Assembly: GCF_018977255.1 (NCBI RefSeq) | Contig: NW_024704743.1 | Location: 89,096,001 to 89,160,000 of the forward strand | Direction: 5' to 3' | Length of the DNA stretch: 64,000 nt | DNA from: Callorhinchus milii | Lineage: Eukaryota | Part shown: in pieces, positions 25,920 to 38,260 of the stretch | Numbering within the stretch: the first letter of the stretch is position 1 | How the letters are laid out: the number at the start of each line of letters is the position of its first letter | Notes under the pieces: generated by a model | What the model saw: only the letters and a program-made list of their open reading frames with translations | Told to the model about the DNA's origin: nothing | The model's database searches: none | Position numbers and translations under genes: made by a program

Positions 25920-26705
25920 GGCAGGACGGAAGCCATACTCTTTGGCTCCCTTCAACGTCTTCTCTCCTGTGGGTCTGAACTCCTCAACCTCCCTGGGCTC
26001 TCCTTCAGACTCACCAAACTGTGCAAATTAGGCATCAGGTTCAATCTCAAGCTTTCCTTTCTACCCCCACATCCGTTACTTGACCAGGACATCTTTTTTC
26101 CACTTCCGCCACTTTGCCCGCCGTTGTCCGCTCCTCAAAACCAACGCAGCCAAAACTGTTATCCATGCCTTTATCACTTCTTGACTGGACAAATCCAATG
26201 CCCTCCTCACTGGTCTCCCATCATATACAAAATTTAATTAATTCAAAACTCCACCACCCGGATACTCACCCACACAAACCTCCGTACCTCCAGCACACCA
26301 GTTCTGGCCAGGCTTAACTGGCTTCCAATTATTGAACAAATCAATTTCAAGATCCTCTCAATCGTTTTCAAATCCCTTCATGCCTTCGTATCTCCCTACC
26401 TCTCTGATCTGCTTACCCCTCATTCCACTACCATTGCCTCCACTCGGCTGGCTCTGGCCTCCTATTTGACCCTCGCCTCTTCCTCTCCACCTTCGAAGTT
26501 TTTGAACTGTCTCCCTCAATCCCTCTGCCTTGCCCCCTCCCTCCCCACCTTCAAATTCTGCCTAAGGGCTTTCCTTGTGCTTATGGTCACTTCCCCCTTC
26601 CCTCTCCTCCTGGCTCAGGTTGTCAGGTTCCATCATTGTCAAGCACTCCAGGACATTACCCCGTGTGAAAGGCTCTGTAAAAATGCAAGTTGTTACTGTT
26701 GCTGT
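25920..26705 (+). mobile_element. Decayed L2 3' fragment
   Basis: Remnants of AAKTVIHAFITS.LD.SNALL.GLP and LNWLP...QINFKI; tail gtgaaaggctctgtaaaaatgcaagttg. Confidence 0.8.
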
Positions 26706-28281
26706 TATTATTATTATTAGATATTAAACATATAGAAAAGTGTATTTCACTCATGATAAGACATTAAAAGATTGTGTGCAATATCAGACACAGGATAATC
26801 CCGAAGTGACTATCATAGATTACAGTGCTCGGTAACATTAGCTCAAAGCAAACAAAAGAGCAACATCTCGGCATTATGCCCCAAACTTCAGCTGAGTTCA
26901 CCAAGCTGTCAGGTTAAGTTTAATTTGAAGCAAGTTAAGGGTGTTCCCAAGGCATTTTATGACAATTACTTTTGCACTTGAAGCATCAAGGATGATGCTT
27001 GGTCTATCAGAGCACATTTTAACTCCAGAATTATGAAACATGCATCAGTAAACCTAGCGAATGGTACCAGTAAAAATTTAAATCATGAGAAAATTTCCCT
27101 TTATTTCACAATTTTTTAAGCCTCCTCTTTAAAGAGGCCCCTTGGATATGGGCTGCTCTCATGCACTCTGACTTCACCGTAATGGTGACCCAGGAGAACA
27201 ATAGACTTGCGCTTTATTGGAACTGCTGTACTCTCTAAACATTTCCAAATCTTTCTGGAGATGAATATTATGGATACTAAAGCCTGACGATAACTTTAAT
27301 TTATCATTTTTACTGTTAGGCTACGACATTACTCATCATAGAATCATGGAAATGATCGCATAGAAAGAGCATATTCAAGTCATCAAGCCTATGCAGGTAC
27401 TAACTGCACCACTGGAGTTTTTCACACCATTCCTCCTCTTTCACAGTATTTGTTGTATTCCTTTTCCTTTTTATAATCAAGTTATTTTATATATTCCTTT
27501 AATGTTAGCTTTAATGGCTACCCATACCAAATTAGCCAGTCCACGTTCCCGCTCCACCTGCCCCCATCATTGGCGGATGGTGCTCTATTCCCAGGTTCCT
27601 CCGACTTGCTCCCTCCCTCCTGCGTTTCAAGGCATGCCTCAAAACTCACCTCTTTGACTGCATAATTGTATTGCATTAATCCACTGCATTTGATGGAGCC
27701 CCTTTCAAGTCAGAGTACCTCGAAGTACTCAACATGATTTACTGTACCTGGTAGTGACTGTTATTTTGTAGCTGAAAACGGTTCATGTTTTAATTACCCA
27801 CTGAATGAGAAATAGGCCGAGACTGCAGCATTCTTTAATAAGAAGGGGAAAAATATGTTCTAATCCTTAAGTATCCATTAAATTAGCATCCGTTTTTATA
27901 TCGCTGCAATTGGCAATGTTTATTGTAAATTAACATTCCTAAATTTATCCTGCATCTTCCAACTGGCGTGAAAGACACAATATAAATGTAAATTTGTTGT
28001 TGCTGTAATAATCTGACTGGACACCAGGTGGCACAGACTACTCTTTGCCCTCTATCACCATCAAGTGCTGCGATTCTCAAAAAACAATCTTCCCACCATC
28101 TTTGATCTCCATGTTTCAGGCAGAAGAAGAGAGTTTTTCTTTGGCACTTAGAGAGTGTGGGCAGTAATTATTGCTGTTGTAATAGTTATTTCCTGGGCTG
28201 TGACTTTAGAAGCGTGGCAAAATATAGTGATAGCCCTAGTAACCATAGGCCAATAAATTTGACAACTACAGTAGATACAAC

Positions 28282-28582
28282 AATAATAATAATCTTTGCA
28301 TTTGATATAGTGCTTTTAACGTCTTCTAGACATCTCAAAGCGTTTCACAGAATAGACTGTAAAGTGAATTGACTCTATATTTGTGGGCAAAATGCGGCAG
28401 CCAATTGCGCATAGCAGTGACCCACAAACAGTAGTGGATTGAAATGACCAATTTATTATTTTTTTGAGAGATAATTATCAGGCGTGTGGAGTAAGGAAAC
28501 TTGCCCAAGGTTTCACCCTGCCGGAAATCGAACCCAGGTCTCTCGTTTGCAAAGTGCTCTAACCACTGAGCTACAGAACTCC
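28282..28582 (-). mobile_element. tRNA-derived SINE (young family), full length
   Basis: Near copy of 56014-56330 in reverse; appears inserted into an old CR1 RT remnant (28230-28760). Confidence 0.9.
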
Positions 28583-30659
28583 ACAATCAAGGGTTAGCCT
28601 GACATAAGAAATAATTAGGCATCTAATGAGATGCAGGATGAAAAGAGTGAGCATTGCTTTATTGGAGGGAAATGGTATCAGACTAATCAGTTGTAGTTTT
28701 ATAAGGAAATTATCAATCTGGTGGATAAAGGGAACTTAGTGGAGAACTAAGAATCAAAATTACATTAGGTATATAGGATAAGCGTTAGGGACAGTGTAGA
28801 CTTTGTTTGTACTGGATTGAATTCTGTATGGGAATGTATAATCTGAAAGGCATCACAGAGAGATAATCATAGCTCAAGTACAGAGCGACTGAACAATATC
28901 CATCTGAAGTGTGCAACAAGCTTCTGAGCAATGGCTCAAAGAGAGAAACGTAAATCTGTCAAAAGCTCCTATTCTACTATATCACCATTTCTTGGGTATC
29001 TTTTAGAGTTGAAATTTCCACCACCCCAAGGACACTTTAAATTCTTGCCTGCACAGCCTTTGTGCGTAACCAAGAGAAATGTTTTGGGAAAAATAGAGCA
29101 AATAAGGTCTCATTATTTTCTATAGCTGTGAAAGTGCTGTGAGTGTTTCATTTTAAGACTGAAACAATATCACAGTTGTCAAAGGTTACAAAGGATTCAT
29201 ACAAAGCTCAGTGTACCATGACAGATTCCATGATAGCATAATGGGCCCCCAGGGACTAAATGATGATCCAAGTTGCATAGATGACTATTTACTATGTCAG
29301 ACCCTTTTCATTCGGAAAATAAGCACAAATCCATACAGCGTTCACAATGTACACGTGAACATTGTCAAACTGCTTTATAAACAGGCCAAAAAAACATATG
29401 CACATTGCTCTCAATTTCCTTTTGTTTGTTTAACACATGAAATTATTGGGTATTGCATCCACATGTTTACATGTCCTGATTAAGGGTAGAAATACCACTT
29501 AGAACGAGATTTTAGAGCGTCCAGAGTTTAGCAAATTCTTAAATGTCTTAATTTAGGTTTTTAAAATGGATGTCGTAAAGTAAGCATATAATGAAGTACA
29601 TCCAGCAGTGTGCAACATTTTATTTTTCTAAAAAATAATGAAATATAAATTACATTTATATTTATATAATTTATTTAATTTACATAAGTTATATTTGCGT
29701 TTCACCCACAAATATATAGTCAATTCACTTTACAGTATTATATTCTGTGAAGCACTTTGAGACGTCTAGAAGATGTGAAAGGTGCTACATGAAATGCAAG
29801 GATTATTATTATTATTATATTATATAAACCCCACAGCTTACCATTGTGAACACTGCTTCTCGCTAGTTTTCAGCTAGGACCACCTTAGCGTGTTGGATAC
29901 AGGGTTAACTGAGGCTGAGTTTGAAGAAATCCTGCTCTCAGTGACTGGTCTCCAAGTCCTGCTGATGAGCCGAGGGTTGATCTGTCATCAGAAGTGCCAT
30001 CTGGTAGTGTAGACCTGCCTGGAACCAGACTACTGAGACCACCGGAGGATTGACTCAACTTTGATATTTATATCACTCATTGCTCTTCTATTGATTCTGG
30101 TGTCAAGCCAATCATATTGAAGTTAGCTCAACTCCAAGAAGAATCCCCGATTATCCCTCCCCAGAGGATACATACTAGTCGGTCATCCGACAAATGCACA
30201 TCTGATCCCTCACGAGGTGGATAGCAGGTACCAGGAACTCCCTACCAGCTTCCTGGTTTCTGGTAAACAGTACAGTTCAGCATGAAATTATCCAAAATAG
30301 GTTAAATAACATCTGTGATACTTCTCAGATCTGATGCATAGTGGAAACTCACTATCAAGGGTAAAACTAATTTAATTTGATATAGCACCTTATTACATCA
30401 ACCAATTTGCACACAGTATTACCCTACTCTCATGAGGTGATTGACCAACCTTAACTAGGGGTTTGTTGGCCAGGACACCAACAGAAACTCCCTTCAGGTT
30501 ATGAATAAATTATCATGGGATTTTTAATGTTAATCTGAACAGGAATGGGACGTAAAGTTAAGATCTTATCTGAAAAATGGAATATCCAACAATAAAGTCC
30601 TGACAAGGGGCTGGAAATCCTAACCCACGGACATACAAAGTATTCAAAGAAGAATTTGG

Positions 30660-32277
30660 TACAATACAAAACCTGTACAAACCCCTTAAAACACAAAAGC
30701 TCCACTTGTGAAATTCAAAAACCATGGTGACAAATAGAGTAAGAGTTAGTATCAAAAGAATAGGCTTACATTAATGCAAAAAAAGTGGAAATCCAGCAAA
30801 CTGGGAGACTTATAAAAAGCAACAACGAGATACAAAGAAAGTAGTAAGGTGCAAAAAGAGAATTTGAGAAAAACTTGCAAGGGATATCAAGAGCAACAAT
30901 AAAAGTTTTTATAAATATATTAAGAGTAAGAGTATGGGCCCATAGAAGACAGATGTAGATAAGACTATAATGGATAACAAGAAAATGGCAGACTTATTGA
31001 ATGAATACCTTGCTTCCATTTTCATAATGGAAGAGGACAAAATACCAGTGGTACAAAGGAACCTAAAAATAAGCCAAAGAGGAGTACTAAATGGATTTAA
31101 TATAAATTTAAAAAATGTTAATGGAGAAAATAATGGGAATAAAGGTAGATAAATCTCCATGACCTGATGGATTCTACCCCAAGGTATTAAAAGAAGTAGA
31201 GGAGGAAATTGCAAATACATTAGTCATAATTTTCTAAAGCTCTCTATATTCAGGAATTGTACTCTTGGATTGAAAAATTGCAAACGTCACTCCATTATCT
31301 AAGAAGGGAGGGAGAATCCAGGTAACAGACCTGTCAGCTTAACTTCACTTGTGCGGAAGTTACTATAATCTCTCAACAGAGACAGAGTGACTGAGCACTT
31401 GGACAAGTATGAGCTAATCAAAGAGAGTCAGCATGGGTTTGTGAAGAGTAGGTCATGTCTGATGAATCTAATTGAATTTTTTGAGGAAGTCACTAAGATA
31501 GTGGATAAGAAAGTGTCTCTGGATGTCGTCTACATGGACTTTTGTAAGGCATTTGATAAGGTTCTGCACAAGAGGTAATTAGCAAAAATGAAAGCGCATG
31601 GAATTGGAGGTAACCTTGCAACGTATCTTGGTAATTGGTTGGGAGGTAGGAAACAGAGAGTAGGGGTAGGGGGAACATTCTCTGATTGGCAGGACGTGAC
31701 AAGTGGGGTTCCTCAGAAGTTTGTACTAGGGCCTCAGCTTTTCACCATATACATATACATATATATATATAAATGATTTGGATGAAGGAAAAGAGAGTTT
31801 TATGTCAAAATTTGCAGATAACACAAAGTTAGGAGGCATAGTAAATTGTGTAAATGGAAGATACAAAGGGATTTGGATGGATTAAGTGAGTGGGCAAAAC
31901 TGTGGCAAATGGAATTCAATGTGTGGAAGTATGAGGTCATCCACTATGGATCCAAAAATAACAAAACAGAATATTTTCTAAATGGGGAAAAACTAAGAAC
32001 TATGGAGGAGCAAAGGGATTTGGCTATCCACGTACACAAATCACTAAAAGCAAGCTCACAGGTTCAAAAAGTTATCAAAAAGGCTAATGGAATGTTGGCC
32101 TTTATCCCACAAAAACTGGAATATAAAGGAGAGGGAATGATGCTTCAACTGTGTAGAGCCTTGGTCAGACCCCATCTGGAGTACTGCATTCAGTTTTGGG
32201 CACCACACCTCAGGAAGGATATATTAGCTCTGGAAGGGGTGCAGCGCAGATTCACCAAAATAATACCAGGCCTTAAA
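30660..32277 (+). mobile_element. CR1 LINE ORF2 fragment (RT domain, decayed)
   Basis: SQHGFVKSRSCLMNLIEFFEEVT, DVVYMDFCKAFDKV, VTSGVPQKFVLGPQLF, LVRPHLEYCIQFWAPHLRKDI; 3' end replaced by a SINE tail at 32278-32340. Confidence 0.95.
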
Positions 32278-34548
32278 GACATGTCTCGAAAGCATGATAA
32301 GGCGCTATATCATATGCCAGGATTATTATTATTATTATGACTCTGGTCACTGTTCAGTTTAAAATGGAAAAAATTGAAATAATGAAAAAGTGGCCTGCTG
32401 AATGAGTTGCCCTCTTTACTAAAGTAACCACTAAGGCGAGATTGACCAATTAACTGATTATTTAACATATAATCATGTTAGGTACATGCAAGCTACTCAT
32501 GGTGTTATGAATATAATGAAATAATGGAAATATATAGGCTGTACCTGACAGCCACCTGATTTCTCTACTGCAGAGAACACTATATGATAAAGTCAAGTAT
32601 TTCTACGGTGTTAAGTCTAGCAGAGTAACAGAGTTACTGGGGGATTTTGAGACACTTTGCTGTGATTTTGAGCTGTCAGTTTCATACAAGTCTTCCTGTT
32701 TCTTTAAAATCTTGCGGCACAAAACTAATTCCATTGAAAACACGCACATTAAGCTCACAGGGTTGCAATATATTTACATCTAATTTGATTTGGCTCATCT
32801 TTTGGGGGGAAAGAAAACAGCTGACTTGGTTTGACAGCCAGGGCTACCTGCTGAAAGACAGACCAATTAAAGCTCTGCCCTTTGCCTTAAATTGGGCAGA
32901 CACTTTAATGTTTTGATAGTACTTGTGGATGGAAATAAGATGAAAGGAACTTTGCTTCTTATAGGCTCTGCTGGTTTCCACTTCCTTTCAGAGAAATTCA
33001 CAATTATTTAAGTTTAATATTCATAGAATTCTAAAGGGATTCAACCCTTCCAACTAAATTGGGTTCCAATAATTATGATTGCTGGATAATTCTGCAGGGT
33101 TTTAGCTGTTGGTGGCTAATGGGTCCTTTTGAATCTCAAGGGATCAATGCAATGTTTAATATGCATTGCAACTAAATGTCATCTCCCTGATATATGCTTA
33201 AGCAATTGCAAATGAGTGATCAAATCTTGGCTTTGGTGTGAACCATGACTGAGGGCAACTGAATTTAATTGAACATAAGATAAGTCAGGGATCAGGAGAG
33301 GCCAATTGTCTCATGAAAGCTGATTCATTTACTCCATTGACCTCTCTCAAATCAGTATCTAATTGTATTTTAACCCAAATGTTTTTGCTTCCATTACCTT
33401 GCTCTGTAGATTATTGCAAACATTTATCACTTTCAGCATGAAGATGATTCTCCCTGCTATGAATTCTAAACTGATTTCTCACCCATCTCCCTTTAAGAAT
33501 TCAATCTACGCCACAAGAGGGGCAGAGGAAGATGAGATTGATACAGCATATCAAAGGGTGATCATGAATAGTTTTCAAATGAATGGTTTAGGTTTCCGAT
33601 TTTGTTGGGACTTTTTCCTGGATAGCGGGCTCAAGTGGGTCATGCTGCAAATGAAGCAGGAGGCGACAAATAGATAAGTCCCTGGAGATACTTTGAACTA
33701 GAGATCTGAGGGCTGGTCAGAGAAATCAGTAAGGGTATAGTGGAGGTCGCTAGCTCAGTGGAAATTATGTGATCTTAAAAAAAGGGACATTCTCAATTTG
33801 ATGAGCAGAAAATGTTAACAAAGCACTTAAGAATATAAACCCAAGATTGCTCAAGCAAGGCCCGAGTTATAAGAATTGTTTTTCTCATAAAAATTTTAGT
33901 TACGTGTAAAAACTTCATCAAGAATGAATGCTGTCAATACTTTAGACAAGAGAAGGGGTGATATCTGTTTGAGATTGTGACTGAACATTATAAAGAAAAG
34001 ATATAGGCACAAATATTTAGTCCTGAGATTAGATATTAAATGGAGGTTTTGTCTGCCTGCTTTAAATGGATGTTAAAGATCCCATCAAACAGTAAGAAGG
34101 ACAGTTCTCTTAGTTTCCTAACCACCAATCTTCCAGCTTAGTTGGCCGTTCACTGCATGATTGTTTGTTTGCGGACCTCCTGCCACATTTGTGTTGAAAA
34201 AACGTTACTACATCAAATATAATCATAATAATAATATTATTTGGTCACTCAATTCTAAAACTGTTTGTGGGACAGTGCTGTGCACAATTGGCTGCCGCGT
34301 TTCACCCACAAAAATATACAGTCAATTCACTTTGCAGTATATTCTGTGAAGCGCTTGGGAATGTCTCAGAGACATGATAAGGCGCAGTATCAAATGCAAG
34401 CATGATTATTATTATTATTACATCTTAGGAGTAATTACTATGAAGTGCTTTAAAATGCTTTGACCTGATAAGGTGCTATAAAAATGCAGGTTCTTTGTTT
34501 AACCTGACTGTTAAATATGCTGTAGGTCAATCTCGGTTGTAGTCACAT

Positions 34549-35240
34549 TAACAACAACAACAAATTACATTTGTATGGTGCCTTTCACATCGGGAGGATG
34601 ACCCAAGGCATGGGACAGTCAGGGATTTGGGTCTGAGCTGGGGGTTGGGATCAGAAGGTTGGAGGACAGGGAAAGCAGCTGGAGGAGAGTAGCCGAAGGC
34701 ACGGTTGAAGAGGCGGGTCTTGAGACATGCCTTGAAGGAGGCTAGGGAAGAAGCAAGGTGAAGAGACTGTAGGATGGAGTTCCAAACAGGTGGGGATAGA
34801 GAAGCTGAAGGCCTGACCGCCAATAGTAGGGAGGGCCAAGCGGGGGATGCAGAGGAAGCCGGAGCCTTGTCAGCGGAGGGAGTGGACAGGTTGATATGCC
34901 GTGAGCAGATCCCAGAGGTAGGAAGGAGCAAGGCCTTGGAGGCCTTTGAAGGCAAGGATAAGGATTTTGAACTCTACCTGCTGGGGGATGGGAAGCCACT
35001 GGAGCTGGGTAAGGGTGGAGGTGAGAGCGTCATGGAGCCTGATGCTGGAGTGGACACAAGTTGGATAATCTCCAGCTTGTGGAGGGAAGAGTTGGGAAGG
35101 CTGACAAGCAGGGAGTTGGCGTGGTCGAGCCTAGATATAATAACTTCGTGGATGAGGGTTTTGGCGACCTGAGACGAGAGGCAGTGGCAGAGCTGGGCAA
35201 TATTGTGGAGGTGGGGGAAGGCAGAACGGATCATGGCACG
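34549..35240 (-). mobile_element. L2 3' fragment
   Basis: SAFPHLHNIAQL...TLIHEVIISRLDHANSLL...SLASFKACLKTRLF and (caa)n. Confidence 0.95.
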
Positions 35241-36719
35241 GATTTAAAGCCTTTTTTTTAAATAAGGACTTCATTTATTTTCTGTGTAAAATGGATTGGT
35301 TAGTAGTACGTACAGAAACATCAGGAAAAATTATGGTCGAAACCTCACATCTGTATTTTGACTCAGCAAATTAGATTAATCCACCCAGAATCCTGCTGAA
35401 CTAATACATTCTGCAATCACTGCCTCTGAATCAGTGCCAACTTAATTTAACGAACAAAGCAAATGAAAAATGAATGGAATAACTGACCTTCCTTTTTCTA
35501 TCCCATCTGCTCACTGTGCCTGTGTCTGCCGATAAATGTAAACCCACATTTCACAAAAAATCAACAAGCCATCCAGCAAGTCTATTCATTCAACATGTAA
35601 CACTGCAATTCAGTAAAAGAGGGTGCAGATTTCATTTTCTCACTATCCTGTCAAGCCTTTCAATAGCTGAAGAAACACTTAAGTCTGCCTAAAGATCAAT
35701 ATGGGCCTTCGCTTTCGAGCAGGTCTTTAACTCCATCATATTTTCCATCCTGCACTGAAATGACAATGGACTATTTATTCTTCAAGCCTCTTGACACATT
35801 GGTTACAACATTTTCAGCTATTAATAGGCCTCATAAGTCTTTTGCACAGGACCACTTACCCCAATGTTAACATGACAGTTCCTCCATATGCATAAACATG
35901 GGCAGCCTTGCCATTAGAGACTGAATTGGTCTTTATCTCCTTCATTGGACACAAGCCCTAGAATAGGGGTCAACATTGTACTATTCTCACTCTGTGGTTG
36001 TTCGTGGGACATTGTTATGTGCTACACCTTAGCTGCCCATCCCTTCCTCCTACCGTACTCGCTCCATAAGAGCAAACCTCTCCTCCCTCATCCCTATTGT
36101 TATAACACCCCTTTTTTTAGTTTTAAATTTAGATTTTTCATGCCTATGAAAGTGCTGCTGCAATACTGAACTCTTTAAAGTACCTTAAATAAGTCACTTT
36201 ACATTCATTTCATTTGCTATCTGATAGCTGTTTCTCTCTTTGCCCCAAGTGTCAGCTGGCAACACTAGAAAATGCAGTTGCAGGACTACCACTTGTATGA
36301 AAATATAGAAGTAATTTACTTTTGCTGGTTGAAATCAAGCCTTTTAGGCTCTGCAAAAATCTATTTAAGAATACCTTGCATTGGCAAAATGTCTTTTGTG
36401 CCAATAATGAACAAATTGGGAGAAGAAAAAGATTTACAGCTGCACAACTTTATCAGAATTGATCCAAAAGTGTCTGTCCTGTTTTCGAGTAAAGTATTGA
36501 TGAGCTTCCTGAATTAAATCACTGGTCATTTCTCTGATTTTGATGCAGGATATTTAGTTATAGAAAGTAATAGACTTTAAGGGACATACACAAATCGGAC
36601 AAGCAAATGTTCACTCACAGGGTCTCAGAGATTTTTCTTTATAAGGGTTAAACTATACAAATATAATTTTGGATTGTATTGTAAACGTGTGATGTGATAA
36701 TAATCAAAGATGATAACCC

Positions 36720-37100
36720 ATCACACCATCTCAAAGTTTTAGATGAACAAGACTTTTCAGCCTGCTTCATTTGGTCTTTTCAGAATACCCAACCTACCAT
36801 TCCTCCATCACAGCTTTAACTATTTTCTTAAATGAGTCCAGTGTCCTGGCCTCAACCATCCTTTCTTGTCATCCTTTTCAGCTATTAATAGGCCTCATAA
36901 GTCTTTTGCACAGGACCACTTACCTCCAGTCGTTAATGACCCTCTGTGTAAAGAAATCCTTCCTGGTCTCTGCCCTGATGTTGCTCTTAGTAACCCCTTG
37001 TTTTGCTGCCTTTTGTGTATCTGAAAGTATTTACTTTTTCAATTTAGAATCTTATATTGTCTCTATAAGATCTCCTCTTTCCAAGACTGAAGAGCATTAG
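36720..37100 (-). mobile_element. Old CR1 3' fragment carrying a 50-bp templated insertion
   Basis: Reverse match to 47570-48085 and 62590-62900 (ccagtcgttaatgaccctctgtgtaaagaaa). Confidence 0.7.
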
Positions 37101-37104
37101 CTTA

Positions 37105-37323
37105 CAATAATAATAATAATAATCCTTGCATTTGATATAGTGCCTTATCACATATTCGCGACATTGCAATGATCTTCACAGAATATACTGTGAAGTGAAT
37201 TGACTATATATTTTGTAGGTGAAATGCAGCAGCCCATTGTGCACATCAGTGTCCCAGTGGGAATCAAACCCGGCCTCTCTCGTTGGCGAGGCAAGTGCTC
37301 TAACCAATATGCTACAGCACTCC
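37105..37323 (-). mobile_element. tRNA-derived SINE, internally deleted
   Basis: Tail and tRNA head present, middle missing. Confidence 0.8.
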
Positions 37324-37897
37324 ACAAACCAAAATAGTCTGTAATTATTGACTAATTTCAGTTATGAACACCCAGACTTCTGCATAGTGCATCACCCCCA
37401 AACCATTTGAAACCTCTGAACACTTCTGTTTTTGCTATCTGTGGAGCACTGTTTCAGTGGTGTTGATTGAGTGAATGGTGGCTATGGAGTGCCAGTGAGT
37501 AGGATACCCACTTAACTAACACAAAAAATGCAGTGAAAACAGAGTAACCCAATAACTGGCAAGCCAATATCACTATCCAGGCCAGAAGCCCAGTGCAAGG
37601 TATGACCAGCTTCTAAGATGGAAACATGAGTGCTGAGGGAATGGGTGTGTAGAAGTTTACCCCAAGCACACCCCATGACCACGCGTTAATTATCATAAGG
37701 TTGTTAAATTGATTACCAATGTTAATTAGCATGTAGGTGTTAATTAACACATCAAAACATCTGTCTCAGGAAAAAGTAGACATTGGATTGAGATGTGCAA
37801 ATACTCTATGGGTCATGATTCCATGCTGCTGAGACAGGGGAGGAAGAAGTGTTACCGGTGCAGGGAATAAGGTTAGGGTTAAACACATGAGCTTATG

Positions 37898-38260
37898 TGT
37901 CAGCCTGACTCAGATAATAGTACTCTTGTCTCCGAGTCAGATGTTTGTGGGTTCAAGCCTTATTTCGAGCCTTTGAACTCACATGGCATAGACTGACACT
38001 CCAATGCAATTCTGGGGGAGGTGCTACACTTTGGGTGAGATGTTAAATGAAGTTGTTGTCTGCCTTTTCAGGTGGATGAGAAAAATCCTATAGTACTTTT
38101 CGAAAGGAAAAGGGTATTTCTCCTGATGTCTTGGAAAACAATCACCCAGATAAAATTGTTCATTAGCTTCATAGCTGTTTTGTGGGACAAAATTGTATGC
38201 AAATTAGTTGCCATGTTAACCTACAATATGCAGTCACTGCACTTTACAGTAAATCCTGTG
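37898..38260 (+). mobile_element. Older Deu-domain tRNA SINE
   Basis: tgtcagcctgactcagataatagtactcttg...gggttcaagcc head and Deu core. Confidence 0.8.
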
